A stretch of 64,000 bases of DNA from Escherichia coli (GTDB lineage: Bacteria > Pseudomonadota > Gammaproteobacteria > Enterobacterales > Enterobacteriaceae). The notes beneath the pieces are model-generated. The model was given only the letters and a program-made list of their open reading frames with translations. It did no database searches and had not been told where the DNA came from. Made by a program: the position numbers and the translations under genes. Of this stretch, positions 1 through 12,134 are shown piece by piece; positions within the stretch are counted from its first letter, which is position 1, and the number at the start of each line of letters is the position of its first letter. The stretch lies in NCBI RefSeq assembly GCF_024502345.1, contig NZ_JALDNN010000001.1; one strand, given 5' to 3'.

Positions 1-1158
1 GGCGAGGCACAAGAACGCATCATTCTTGAAACGTTTATCTGGTTTGAGGATGACGTCGGCAAACAGCTGCATGCGGCACTACTGGCAGCAGCGCAACGCG
101 GGGTTAAAGCGGAAGTCTTGCTGGATGGCTACGGTTCGCCGGATCTCAGCGATGAGTTTGTCAATGAACTGACGGCAGCTGGCGTGGTATTTCGCTACTA
201 CGATCCCCGCCCTCGCCTTTTTGGTATGCGCACCAATGTGTTTCGCCGGATGCATCGCAAAATTGTGGTGATCGACGCGCGTATAGCCTTTATTGGCGGG
301 CTGAATTACTCCGCCGAGCATATGTCCAGCTACGGTCCAGAGGCCAAACAGGATTACGCGGTACGCCTTGAAGGGCCGATTGTTGAAGATATCCTCCAGT
401 TTGAACTGGAAAATCTGCCAGGACAGAGCGCGGCACGACGCTGGTGGCGACGTCATCACAAAGCGGAAGAGAACCGCCAGCCGGGAGAAGCGCAGGTATT
501 GCTGGTCTGGCGCGATAACGAAGAACATCGCGATGATATTGAACGTCACTATCTGAAAATGCTCACTCAGGCGCGGCGAGAAGTCATTATCGCCAACGCC
601 TACTTCTTCCCCGGCTATCGATTTTTACACGCCTTGCGTAAAGCGGCACGGCGCGGGGTGCGGATCAAACTGATCATTCAGGGCGAACCGGATATGCCGA
701 TTGTCAGAGTCGGTGCGCGCTTGCTGTATAACTATCTGGTTAAAGGCGGCGTTCAGGTATTTGAGTACCGCCGCCGCCCGCTCCACGGCAAAGTGGCATT
801 GATGGACGATCACTGGGCGACAGTAGGGTCCAGTAATCTCGATCCGCTCAGTTTGTCACTGAATCTCGAAGCAAATGTCATCATCCACGATCGTCATTTT
901 AACCAGACGCTGCGCGATAATCTGAACGGCATTATTGCCGCAGATTGTCAGCAGGTCGATGAGACCATGCTGCCGAAACGCACCTGGTGGAACCTGACCA
1001 AAAGCGTGCTGGCGTTCCACTTTTTACGCCACTTCCCGGCGCTGGTTGGCTGGCTTCCGGCACACACACCACGTCTGACGCAGGTTGATCCCCCCGCACA
1101 ACCGACAATGGAAACGCAGGATCGGGTAGAAACTGAAAACACGGGGGTAAAACCCTGA
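1..1158 (+). CDS. clsB: Cardiolipin synthase B (PLD/HKD family), 5'-partial; start lies upstream of window
   Basis: Open frame from nt 1 to stop at 1156-1158; HxK(x)4D motif (HRKIVVID); matches remembered E. coli ClsB/YbhO C-terminal region. Confidence 0.9.
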   Translation, partial: GEAQERIILETFIWFEDDVGKQLHAALLAAAQRGVKAEVLLDGYGSPDLSDEFVNELTAAGVVFRYYDPRPRLFGMRTNVFRRMHRKIVVIDARIAFIGGLNYSAEHMSSYGPEAKQDYAVRLEGPIVEDILQFELENLPGQSAARRWWRRHHKAEENRQPGEAQVLLVWRDNEEHRDDIERHYLKMLTQARREVIIANAYFFPGYRFLHALRKAARRGVRIKLIIQGEPDMPIVRVGARLLYNYLVKGGVQVFEYRRRPLHGKVALMDDHWATVGSSNLDPLSLSLNLEANVIIHDRHFNQTLRDNLNGIIAADCQQVDETMLPKRTWWNLTKSVLAFHFLRHFPALVGWLPAHTPRLTQVDPPAQPTMETQDRVETENTGVKP

Positions 1159-2114
1159 TGAGTAAATCACACCCGCGCTGGCGCTTAGCAAAGAAGATCC
1201 TCACCTGGCTGTTTTTTATCGCGGTGATTGTGTTGCTGGTGGTCTACGCCAAAAAAGTGGACTGGGAAGAGGTCTGGAAGGTCATCCGCGACTACAATCG
1301 CGTTGCGCTGCTTAGTGCGGTCGGGCTGGTGGTCGTCAGCTATCTGATTTACGGCTGCTATGACCTGCTCGCCCGCTTTTACTGCGGTCACAAACTGGCG
1401 AAGCGCCAGGTGATGCTGGTGTCGTTTATCTGCTACGCCTTCAACCTGACGCTCAGTACCTGGGTCGGCGGCATTGGTATGCGCTATCGTTTGTACTCCC
1501 GACTAGGGTTACCGGGCAGCACTATTACGCGGATTTTCTCGCTCAGTATTACCACCAACTGGCTGGGCTATATTTTACTGGCAGGGATTATCTTTACCGC
1601 AGGCGTGGTGGAGTTGCCGGATCACTGGTATGTCGATCAAACTACGCTGCGTATTCTCGGCATTGGCTTACTGATGATTATCGCGGTTTATTTGTGGTTT
1701 TGCGCTTTCGCGAAGCACCGCCATATGACCATCAAAGGGCAAAAGCTGGTGCTGCCTTCATGGAAATTCGCCCTCGCTCAGATGCTGATTTCCAGCGTTA
1801 ACTGGATGGTAATGGGAGCGATAATCTGGCTGTTACTTGGTCAAAGCGTGAACTATTTCTTTGTACTGGGCGTGTTGCTGGTTAGTAGTATTGCTGGTGT
1901 CATCGTGCATATTCCGGCGGGAATTGGTGTGCTGGAAGCGGTGTTTATCGCGCTACTGGCTGGGGAGCATACATCCAAAGGCACAATTATCGCCGCCCTA
2001 CTCGCTTATCGCGTCCTGTATTACTTTATCCCGCTGCTGCTGGCGCTGATCTGTTACCTGCTACTGGAAAGCCAGGCGAAGAAGCTACGGGCGAAAAATG
2101 AAGCGGCGATGTGA
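1158..2114 (+). CDS. ybhN: Inner membrane protein YbhN (UPF0104 / lysyl-PG synthase-like)
   Basis: 318 aa multi-TM ORF; ATGA overlap with clsB stop; matches remembered K-12 YbhN. Confidence 0.9.
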   Translation: MSKSHPRWRLAKKILTWLFFIAVIVLLVVYAKKVDWEEVWKVIRDYNRVALLSAVGLVVVSYLIYGCYDLLARFYCGHKLAKRQVMLVSFICYAFNLTLSTWVGGIGMRYRLYSRLGLPGSTITRIFSLSITTNWLGYILLAGIIFTAGVVELPDHWYVDQTTLRILGIGLLMIIAVYLWFCAFAKHRHMTIKGQKLVLPSWKFALAQMLISSVNWMVMGAIIWLLLGQSVNYFFVLGVLLVSSIAGVIVHIPAGIGVLEAVFIALLAGEHTSKGTIIAALLAYRVLYYFIPLLLALICYLLLESQAKKLRAKNEAAM

Positions 2115-2149
2115 AGTTTAGTTAAGTTCTTTAGTATCTGCATTTACGA

Positions 2150-2863
2150 CTAATGAAAAAAACGCGTATGCCTTTGCCAGACAAGCGTTATAGCTATCGC
2201 GGCAAGTATCCCAAAGAAGCCGATAAAATAGTAATAGAGTGTTAATGCACCTGTAACAGCGCAACGAACCGGACTCCACAACTCTTCACTATGGCATTTT
2301 CCTGCCAGTTCAAGGAGCTTATTTCGTCCATGCGAGATAATGCCTGGCCATAACACAATCATTAAGCAACTTATTACCCAAACGGGTCGTTCACTCATTA
2401 ATGCGGCATTCATGATGATCACCAGGGCCAAACCTGTCAACGTCATCATAATGATAAAACGGTGAGAACCAGGATCAACATTAAATAATAAACCGGCCAG
2501 CATACTGATTAAAAACATCGCGCCCGCAGTGCTGAACACGACGATAATGGCAGGTACAGGAGCTAAACTTGCAACGACAATCGCCACCAAAGAGAGTAAA
2601 AACAGATATATTACGCCTGCGATGACGGCATTTATCTTGTTGATATCCTTACTTAAGCCATACATACAAAGTAATAATAACCCTATGGCGACATACATTG
2701 GTGGTGAATCATATTTGGTTGCCGTAATTTCGAGATACTTAGCACCCCAGGCCAGCCCTGCGGTTGCCACCAAACCTAAAGCGGTAATGAGCCATATACC
2801 GTTTAATATCCTGGTCTCGTGCTGAAAATCTAATTTATTGCTGTTTTGCAAGTATGATTCCAT
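2150..2863 (-). CDS. ybhM: Inner membrane protein YbhM (BAX inhibitor-1 family)
   Basis: 237 aa hydrophobic multi-TM ORF; position and length as in K-12. Confidence 0.85.
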   Translation of the reverse strand: MESYLQNSNKLDFQHETRILNGIWLITALGLVATAGLAWGAKYLEITATKYDSPPMYVAIGLLLLCMYGLSKDINKINAVIAGVIYLFLLSLVAIVVASLAPVPAIIVVFSTAGAMFLISMLAGLLFNVDPGSHRFIIMMTLTGLALVIIMNAALMSERPVWVISCLMIVLWPGIISHGRNKLLELAGKCHSEELWSPVRCAVTGALTLYYYFIGFFGILAAIAITLVWQRHTRFFH

Positions 2864-3026
2864 TCTTTTAGTTGTCCTTATAGAAAAATATTAATATTCA
2901 TCATGAATAAATTTAAACCCACGCATACAAAATACTTTTGTTTTTATGGATACGGAAAACGCTTCCGCTCGGCCATAAGGCATATTTTATACCTGGTACT
3001 TGTTAAGTGTCGTTTTTAGTAAGAAA

Positions 3027-3058
3027 AAAAATCCCGGCACCAGGCCGGGATCAGCAGG
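3027..3058 (-). terminator. Rho-independent terminator downstream of ybhL
   Basis: GC hairpin cccggcaccaggccggg followed by T-run on minus strand. Confidence 0.6.
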
Positions 3059-3068
3059 AAGAAGAGAA

Positions 3069-3773
3069 TTAACGACGATTGCCAAAAATTCGCAGCAACA
3101 TCAGGAACAGGTTGATGAAGTCCAGATACAAGGTTAACGCGCCAAGAATGGAATATTTGCGCAGGTTCGACGTGTCGCGAGTATCAATCTGCTCACCCAT
3201 ATTTTTCAATTTCTGAGTGTCATACGCCGTCAGTCCGACAAAGACAATCACGCCGATGTAGGTAACTGCCCACATCAATGCTTCGCTTTTCAGCCAGAAG
3301 TTGACCAGCGATGCCAGCACAATGCCGATTAACGCCATAAACAGCATATTGCCAAAGCCACTTAAATCGCGCTTCGTGGTGTAACCGTACAGGCTCATTG
3401 CGCCGAACATCCCGGCAGTAACGACGAAGGTACTGGCGATAGAAGCAGCGGTATAAACAATGAAAATACTGGAAAGCGTAAGACCCGTCAGCGCCGAATA
3501 AAGCATAAAGAGCATCGTCGTTACACCTGCGCTCAGCTTTTGAATCATCGCTGATAACACAATAACCAATGCTAATTGCGCGATGATCAGACCGATTAAA
3601 AAGACACGGTTAGTGAACAACAGCTCCATCACGGCCGCGGAATTAGCCGCATACCAGGCAACAAATGCGGTCAGCAACAAGCCAACGGTCATCCAGCCAT
3701 AGACTTGCGCCATATAAGTCTGCAAGCCAGCCCGGGGTTGTACAATTGAATCAGAACGTGGGAATCTGTCCAT
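3069..3773 (-). CDS. ybhL: Inner membrane protein YbhL (BAX inhibitor-1 family)
   Basis: ORF track 3069..3854; start placed at internal MDRFPRS to give 234 aa as remembered for K-12 YbhL. Confidence 0.85.
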   Translation of the reverse strand: MDRFPRSDSIVQPRAGLQTYMAQVYGWMTVGLLLTAFVAWYAANSAAVMELLFTNRVFLIGLIIAQLALVIVLSAMIQKLSAGVTTMLFMLYSALTGLTLSSIFIVYTAASIASTFVVTAGMFGAMSLYGYTTKRDLSGFGNMLFMALIGIVLASLVNFWLKSEALMWAVTYIGVIVFVGLTAYDTQKLKNMGEQIDTRDTSNLRKYSILGALTLYLDFINLFLMLLRIFGNRR

Positions 3774-3908
3774 GACGATCTCCTGAAGATATAAGGAATA
3801 TCTTAAGGATACTGCAAAATGATGAGGCTGTGCATCGACGCAGCGTAAACGCATGTACTGAGCGGTGAAATTGCCGGACGCAGCGGTGCCTTATCCGGCT
3901 AACAAAAA

Positions 3909-4361
3909 CTACCAGCGTTTTGCCGCCTGCTGATCGCTCTCCCGAGCTTCGACCCAGCGGTCGCCCTCCGGCGTGGCTTCGCGCTTCCAGAACGGTGCGC
4001 GGGTTTTGAGATAATCCATAATAAACTGCCCGGCTTCAAACGCACTGCTGCGATGCGCACTGGTGACACCGACAAAAACGATTTCATCGCCCGGCCATAA
4101 TTCCCCGATGCGGTGAATCACCGTGACGCGCCCCAGCGGCCAGCGGTTACGCGCTTCATCGACAATTTCTGCCAGTGCTTTTTCAGTCATCCCCGGATAG
4201 TGTTCGAGGGTTAATGCTTTGACGCTGTCGCCCAGGTTATGGTTGCGCACCTTACCGGTAAAGGTGACTACCGCACCGTCTTCGTCACGCTCCGCCAGCC
4301 ACGGGTACTCTTCTCCTACGCTGAACGGCTGCGGACCAACAACAATTTTGGTTTCTGCCAT
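3909..4361 (-). CDS. moaE: Molybdopterin synthase catalytic subunit MoaE
   Basis: 150 aa; sequence matches remembered MoaE; last gene of moaABCDE. Confidence 0.95.
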   Translation of the reverse strand: MAETKIVVGPQPFSVGEEYPWLAERDEDGAVVTFTGKVRNHNLGDSVKALTLEHYPGMTEKALAEIVDEARNRWPLGRVTVIHRIGELWPGDEIVFVGVTSAHRSSAFEAGQFIMDYLKTRAPFWKREATPEGDRWVEARESDQQAAKRW

Positions 4362-4362
4362 C

Positions 4363-4608
4363 TTAACCTCCGGTTACCGGCGGGAAGAAAGCTACTTCGT
4401 CGCCGTCAGTCAGCGGATGGTCAAAACTCACCAGCGTCTGGTTGACGGCAGCCAGTAATTTGCCATCTTCCAGCGCCAGCGCCCAGCGATCGCTCTGCGC
4501 AGCCAGGTGCTGGCGTAACGCTTCAACGGTTGGGAAATCCGCAGCCACTTCGGTTGCATCTGTTCCTACCAACTCGCGCACCTGGGCGAAAAAAAGAACT
4601 TTAATCAT
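4363..4608 (-). CDS. moaD: Molybdopterin synthase sulfur-carrier subunit MoaD
   Basis: 81 aa from [13 protein letters not shown] to C-terminal GG; ORF-track start is an upstream alternative start overlapping moaC. Confidence 0.9.
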
Positions 4609-5086
4609 CCGCTTCCACCTTAAAGTCACCCGACTTGCCGCCGCTCTTCGCCAGCAAACGTACCGGACCAATCACCATATCTTTTTGCACCGCTTTGCAC
4701 ATGTCATAAATGGTCAGCGCCGCCACGGAGGCCGCGGTTAACGCTTCCATTTCGACACCGGTTTTCCCGGTCAGGCGGCATAAGGTTTCTATACGCACCC
4801 GATTGTGCTCCGGCTCGGCCTGTAAATTGACTTCAACTTTGCTGAGCATCAGCGGATGACAGAGCGGGATCAGATCCCAGGTGCGTTTTGCCGCCTGAAT
4901 ACCGGCAATACGCGCAGTGGCAAATACGTCGCCTTTGTGGTGGCGACCATCAATAATCATCGCCAGCGTCTCGCTGCGCATGGTGACAAAGGCTTCCGCC
5001 CGCGCTTCACGCACGGTTTCCGCTTTGGCGGAGACATCCACCATGTGCGCTTCGCCAGCGGCGTTGATATGGGTCAGTTGCGACAT
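4601..5086 (-). CDS. moaC: Cyclic pyranopterin monophosphate synthase MoaC
   Basis: 161 aa; matches remembered MoaC; 8 nt overlap with moaD. Confidence 0.95.
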
Positions 5087-5088
5087 AC

Positions 5089-5601
5089 TTATTTCTTCAA
5101 ATGTGGATGGAAATTACACGGACGCGTACGGGCATCCAGCTGCGGCGCGATGATATTTTCCCATGCGGTACGGCACGCTTTGGTCGAACCCGGCATGGCG
5201 AAAATCAGCGTTTTGTTGGCGACGCCCGCTACCGCACGAGATTGCAACGTGGAAGTGCCAATCTCTTCAAAAGACAACATCCGGAACACTTCACCAAAAC
5301 CTTCAACTTCACGGTCGAACAACGGCAGCAATGCTTCGGGAGCCTGATCACCTTCCGTCAGGCCAGTACCACCCGTAATCAATACCACTTGTACATCGTC
5401 GCTGGCGATCCACGCAGATACCTGAGCGCGAATAGCGTAGCGGTTTTCTTTCACAATGGCTTTATCGACAACGTGATGGCCCGCTTCTTGCGCCGAATCG
5501 CGCAGATAGTGACCGGAGGTATCGTCTTCTTCACCGCGACGATTAGAAACCGTAAGAATAGCAATACGGGTCGGGATAAATTCAGTGCTTACCTGACTCA
5601 T
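5089..5601 (-). CDS. moaB: Molybdenum cofactor biosynthesis protein MoaB
   Basis: 170 aa MogA/MoaB-fold ORF in operon position. Confidence 0.95.
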
Positions 5602-5622
5602 CTGATCTCTCCTTTTGACGTT

Positions 5623-6612
5623 TTAGCCGCCAATGTACGATAAGTTTTGCGTAATACCGGTGTTGTTTTGATGCAGGAAATGGGTCTGTTTCTTCTCCCG
5701 CAGCGCCGCTGAAATACGCGCTTCCAGCGCCTGTTGCTGGGTATCGTCTTCCAGCAGATCGCGCAGGTTAACGCCGCCTTCACCAAACAGGCAGAGATGG
5801 AGTTTACCAATGGAGGAAACGCGCAGGCGGTTGCAAGTGGCGCAGAAGTCTTTTTCATACGGCATGATAAGGCCAATCTCTCCGGCGTAATCTGGATGGC
5901 AAAAGACTTGCGCGGGACCGTCGCTGCGTTGACGTAATTGGTGGATCCAGCCGCGACGCAGTAGCTCGTCACGCAGAACCTGACCAGAGATGTGATGCTT
6001 ACGGAAGAGCTCGCTGCCCTCGCCCGTTTCCATCAGTTCGATGAAACGCAGCTGGATAGGGCGATGCTGGATCCAGTTCAGAAAGGTGTCGAGCTGGTGA
6101 TGATTAACATCACGCATCAGCACGGTATTGACTTTGACCTTCTCAAAACCGGCCTCAAATGCAGCATCAATCCCCGCCATGACCTGGTTGAATTTATCCT
6201 GCCCGGTAATAGCGTGAAACTGGCGGGCGTCCAGACTGTCGACACTGACGTTAATGCCAGTAAGTCCCGCATCGCGCCAGTTCGCCACATCGCGTTCCAG
6301 ACGGTAACCATTGGTGGTGACCGCAATCTGGCGGATAGCGTCGTTTTCCCGCACAGCGGCGATGATATCGGTAAAGTCGCGGCGTAAAGACGGCTCACCG
6401 CCTGTCAGGCGCACTTTTTCGGTGCCCAGACTGGCGAAGGCGCGCGTAACCCGGCGAATTTCATCGACGGTAAGAAAGCCTTTATTGGTGACGCCGCTCG
6501 GTTTGTAGCCATCCGGCAGGCAGTAGGTGCAACGAAAGTTACACACATCGGTAATCGACAGGCGCAAGTAGTAAAACTTACGCGCAAATGCATCAGTCAG
6601 TTGTGAAGCCAT
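5623..6612 (-). CDS. moaA: GTP 3',8-cyclase MoaA (radical SAM)
   Basis: CNFRCTYC radical-SAM cysteine motif; start set at MASQLTDAF (329 aa) rather than upstream alternative start. Confidence 0.95.
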
Positions 6613-6760
6613 GTACACCTTTCCAGATACGGGAGGCGAAGTCATTTCTTCCTTCGCCCTGGTGGCAATCTTTACGAGCATTGTCACGGCCAAAGCACCG
6701 TATCAGTTGACCCAGGTGCAGAGGCTAGAGTGTTTAGTGGTTATGCCGATACTAGCGTGT
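6613..6760 (-). promoter_or_regulatory. moaA 5' leader; expected location of the molybdenum-cofactor (Moco) riboswitch
   Basis: Long structured leader directly upstream of moaA ending in ..ggaaaggtgtacATG; Moco RNA is known in E. coli moaA leader; exact boundaries not determined. Confidence 0.55.
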
Positions 6761-6948
6761 AAATGAGATTTTTACCATCCACACTTTCGCTATGTAATCA
6801 TGTATATAGCGTCATGATCGTGCTATTTCGCTACAGAATAAGGGAAAATGGCGGTTTTACTTTGATATACATCATCAGGGAGGCATAGCGTGCATCGTCC
6901 TTTAGAGGTAGAAGAAAATAGTTTGTATCCTCAATATTGGCAGGTTAA

Positions 6949-7917
<969 letters not shown>

Positions 7918-7974
7918 CGGAAATCCGAAGGAAAATTCCGGCTTCCTATTGAAGACAAAGTGCGCGTTGTTTAT

Positions 7975-8071
7975 GCCGGATGCGGCGTGAACGCCTTATC
8001 CGGCCTACAAACCGCGCAAATTCAATATATTGCGGAGAAAATGTAGGCCTGATAAGCGTAGCGCATCAGGC
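7975..8071. repeat. REP elements (pair) between ybhK and uvrB
   Basis: gccggatgcggcgtgaacgccttatccggcctac and gtaggcctgataagcgtagcgcatcaggc match the E. coli REP consensus family. Confidence 0.7.
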
Positions 8072-8108
8072 TGTTTTCCGTTTGTCATCAGTCTTCTTCG
8101 CTATCCTG

Positions 8109-10130
8109 TTACGATGCCGCGATAAACAGCTCACGCAGCTGATGCAACTGGTCACGAATTTGCGCCGCTTCTTCGAACTCCAGATTCTGCGCGTGTTGCA
8201 TCATCAACCCTTCCAGCTCATGGATTTTCTGCTGCAACGCTTTAGGCGACATATCCATCGGCACATTATCCGGCTCAACAATCGGGCGCGATTTTCCTCT
8301 GCCCTTCGCTTTGGTTTTGGCAATGTTCTGCCCCAGCGCCAGGATATCGACCACTTTCTTGTTCAAGCCTTGCGGCGTAATGCCGTGTTCCTCGTTGTAC
8401 TTCTGCTGTTTCTCACGGCGACGTTCGGTTTCGCCAATCGCTTTCGCCATTGATGGGGTGATCTTATCGCCGTAGAGAATCGCTTTACCGTTAACGTTAC
8501 GTGCCGCACGACCAATGGTCTGGATCAACGAACGTTCGGAACGCAGGAAGCCTTCTTTGTCAGCGTCGAGGATCGCCACCAGCGACACTTCCGGCATATC
8601 CAGACCTTCGCGCAGTAAGTTGATCCCTACCAGCACGTCGAACTCACCCAGACGCAAGTCGCGGATAATCTCCATACGTTCGACGGTGTCGATATCTGAG
8701 TGAAGATAACGCACGCGCTCGCCATGTTCTTCGAGATATTCGGTAAGATCTTCCGCCATCCGCTTGGTCAGTGTGGTGACCAGTACGCGTTCGTTAATTG
8801 CCGCTCGCTGACGAATCTCCGAAAGAAGATCATCAACCTGTGTCGCCACCGGCCGCACTTCGATAATCGGGTCAAGCAATCCGGTTGGACGCACCACCTG
8901 ATCCACCACATCGCCGCCGGATTTTTCCAGCTCATAATTACCCGGCGTCGCCGAAACATAGATGGTTTGCGGCGCTAATGCTTCGAACTCTTCAAACTTA
9001 AGCGGACGGTTATCCAGCGCTGATGGCAGGCGGAAGCCGTACTCCACCAGTGTCTCTTTACGCGCCCGGTCACCGCGATACATGCCGCCAATTTGTGGAA
9101 TGGTGACGTGAGATTCATCGACCACCAGCAGCCCATCAGCAGGGAGGTAATCAAACAGCGTCGGCGGTGGCTCACCCGGTCCACGACCGGAGAGGAAGCG
9201 CGAGTAGTTTTCAATCCCCGAACAGTAGCCCAGCTCGTTCATCATCTCCAGATCAAACTGGGTACGCTGGGTCAGCCGCTGCTCTTCCAGCAGTTTGTTG
9301 TTTTCCAACAGCACTTTGCGTCTGGCGGCCAGCTCTTCTTTGATCTCCTCCATCGCCTGTACGATGCGCTCGCGCGGTGTGACGTAGTGCGTTTTCGGGT
9401 AGATGGTAAAACGTGGAATAGTGGAAACAATCTGCCCGGTCAGCGGGTCAAATAACGACAATCGTTCCACTTCCTCGTCAAACAGTTCCACGCGAAGTGC
9501 AATGTCATCCGATTCTGCCGGGAAGATATCTATCACCTCGCCACGAACGCGGAAAGTACCACGCTGGAATGCTTGATCATTACGAGCGTATTGCAGCTCC
9601 GCCAGTCGGCGCAGAATCGCGCGCTGATCGATAATCATACCGACCGTGAGATGGAGCATCATCTTGAGATATAAATCAGGATCGCCCAGACCATAAATCG
9701 CGGAAACAGACGCCACCACAACCACATCACGCCGCTCCAGCATCGCTTTGGTGGCGGATAAACGCATCTGCTCAATATGTTCGTTAACCGAGGCATCTTT
9801 CTCAATGAAAGTGTCGGAACTCGGTACATAGGCTTCCGGCTGATAGTAGTCGTAGTAGGAGACGAAATACTCCACCGCGTTTTCCGGGAAGAACTCTTTC
9901 ATTTCGCCATACAGCTGGGCCGCCAGCGTTTTGTTGGGCGCAAGTACCATGGTTGGGCGCTGAAGGTCAGCAATGACATTGGCAATGGTGAAGGTTTTCC
10001 CTGAGCCAGTCACGCCAAGTAACGTCTGGTGCGCCAGGCCATCTTCCAGCCCCTCTTCGAGACGTCGAATCGCCTCTGGCTGATCGCCAGAAGGTTTAAA
10101 AGCGGAATTCAGTTTGAACGGTTTACTCAT
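8109..10130 (-). CDS. uvrB: Excinuclease ABC subunit B
   Basis: 673 aa; Walker A GSGKT and helicase motifs; matches remembered UvrB. Confidence 0.97.
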
Positions 10131-10204
10131 GAGTCGCTACCTGAAGGAGTTGGGCGGGCAGGTATGTAATTTTACTCGTCGTACTTAATTATGCCAACAA
10201 ATTA

Positions 10205-10224
10205 TACTGGATAAAAAAACAGTT
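10205..10224 (-). promoter_or_regulatory. LexA operator (SOS box) of uvrB
   Basis: tactggataaaaaaacagtt = CTG-N10-CAG palindrome about 75 bp upstream of uvrB start. Confidence 0.8.
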
Positions 10225-10708
10225 CATCACCATAATATTTCTGATACAGCGTAAACTCCGCTGTCAATCATGAGCAAAATTTACTCTGTGGCGAGATAAA
10301 ACTCCGGCCTTACCGGGTTATCCCCAAAGCAACGGCTTTTTTAACATTTGTCAAGATGAGTGATGACAGTTTTATGGCAAGAGATGCCTGTTCAGTGACT
10401 GCCATTGCATTTATCTAACCAGTTAAAAAATAAAAGATATTTCTTTGAGCCGTCTTTAACGCCAATTCGCGTGCAAGCCGCGTATTCTCTCGCTTGCCTC
10501 GTGTTTTCTAACTCTAATACACATGGTTATCCACAGGAATAGTGGATAACTGTCTCCAGCCCCTATCCCCCGCCGCCTGGGCAATTCCCACATTCGCCGC
10601 ATGAGGCGGAAGTAAAATTTTTTTCGTGATTATTTTAGAATTTAATTGGTTAAATTGCAGTCAATCGAAGACGCGATCTCGCTCGCAATTTAACCAAATA
10701 CAGGATGG

Positions 10709-11386
10709 CTACAACAAGGCAAGGTTTATGTACTTTCCGGTTGCCGCATTTTCTGGATTTTCTGCAAGCCAGGGGATCTCTCCCAGCAGCGGCGCGGGAA
10801 TCATGCGGGTGAGCGTGGTTATATATTCAGCGTGACGTTTTCCAGGAGGCGTGACATCATTCGCCACCCAACCCGCCAGCGTCAGTCCGGCGTGTTGTAT
10901 TGCCTGTGCAGTCAACATCGCGTGATTAATACAGCCGAGTTTCACGCCAACCACCAGTATTACCGGCAGTTGTTCCTGTGTTACCCAATCCGCAAAAGTG
11001 AAAGTGTCAGAAAGGGGCGTAAACCAGCCGCCAGCGCCTTCCACTAACACCCAGTCAGCCTGTTGTTCAAGCGCGCGTAATCCGGAGCTCATTACCGATG
11101 ATTCTATCGGCCTGCCCTCTTGCGCGCTGATGATGTGCGGTGAGGTGGGTTCTGCGAAGGTGTAAGGATTTACTGTTGCGTAATCCAGCTGCAGGCTGCT
11201 GTTGCGCTGTAACGCCAGCGCGTCGCTATTGCGTAAACCTTCCGGGGTCTTTTCGCTGCCAGAGGCGACCGGTTTATAACCTGCCGTCCGGTAGCCTGCT
11301 GCCTTTGCGGCTTGTAAAAGTGCACAACTGGCGACAGTTTTCCCCACTTCGGTATCCGTTCCGGTGACAAAATAACGTTTACTCAC
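10709..11386 (-). CDS. bioD: Dethiobiotin synthetase
   Basis: 225 aa with GTG start ([18 protein letters not shown]-loop); ORF track begins 2 codons upstream at TTG. Confidence 0.93.
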   Translation of the reverse strand: MSKRYFVTGTDTEVGKTVASCALLQAAKAAGYRTAGYKPVASGSEKTPEGLRNSDALALQRNSSLQLDYATVNPYTFAEPTSPHIISAQEGRPIESSVMSSGLRALEQQADWVLVEGAGGWFTPLSDTFTFADWVTQEQLPVILVVGVKLGCINHAMLTAQAIQHAGLTLAGWVANDVTPPGKRHAEYITTLTRMIPAPLLGEIPWLAENPENAATGKYINLALL

Positions 11387-12134
11387 GAGCAATCACTCCC
11401 AAAAAAAGATGATACGTCAGAGGATATCGCCCCTGCTGTTGCGGCCAGGCCAGTTGCAATCGCTGCAACTGCGAACGCGTTAATATTCGCGGGTCGCGCC
11501 CTTCATGAAGATGCGTGGCACCGATGCCTTTCAGCGAACGCATGGCACTGAGCGCATCATCAAACCACAGCGTGATGGGCTGAATATGATGTTGATAATG
11601 CACGCCGTTCAGCGACTGTTCGATTTCATCTGGCGGTAAAAAGCGATTAGCATGCGGACGCTCGTCCACCGCCTGCCACGCCTGATGCAGTTCGGGTAAG
11701 GATCCCTGCACCAGCGTGGTAAACGCGACCACGCCTTTGGGGCGCACCACCCGATACAGCTCGCGGAGTGCCGTGGATAAATTACCGCACCACTGCACTG
11801 CGAGATTGCTCCATGCAAGATCGAACGTCGCAGTCGCTAACGGCAGGGATTCGATATCTCCCGCCAGATAATGGTCTGCGGCATCCTTCTGGCGTGCCTG
11901 AACAAGCATTGGCGGCGAGAGATCTAAGGCCGTCACCTGCGCGTGACGTTCCCGCCAGTGGCGGCTCATCCAGCCAGGTCCACAACCCGCGTCCAGTACG
12001 TGGGTGTATTTACGCTGTGGGAGCATTGCCAGTAAGACGTCAGCACTCTGGCGCTGTAGATCTGCGTGTTGCTCATAGAGTGCGGCTGCCCGACCAAATG
12101 CCGCTGCAATGGCTTGTTTATTAACCGTTGCCAT
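11379..12134 (-). CDS. bioC: Malonyl-ACP O-methyltransferase
   Basis: 251 aa from [17 protein letters not shown]; SAM-MTase motif LDAGCGPG; 8 nt overlap with bioD. Confidence 0.93.
   Translation of the reverse strand: MATVNKQAIAAAFGRAAALYEQHADLQRQSADVLLAMLPQRKYTHVLDAGCGPGWMSRHWRERHAQVTALDLSPPMLVQARQKDAADHYLAGDIESLPLATATFDLAWSNLAVQWCGNLSTALRELYRVVRPKGVVAFTTLVQGSLPELHQAWQAVDERPHANRFLPPDEIEQSLNGVHYQHHIQPITLWFDDALSAMRSLKGIGATHLHEGRDPRILTRSQLQRLQLAWPQQQGRYPLTYHLFLGVIARE

Noticed and set aside
79-549. 156 aa ORF on the - strand at the window start
   Set aside because: Completely inside the clsB coding region on the opposite strand; clsB carries the PLD HKD motif and is the real gene.
10131-10708. 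Possible gene in the 578 bp gap between uvrB and bioD (69 aa ORF 10626..10835)
   Set aside because: The ORF overlaps the bioD 3' end on the opposite strand and has no RBS; the gap holds the uvrB promoters and LexA box.
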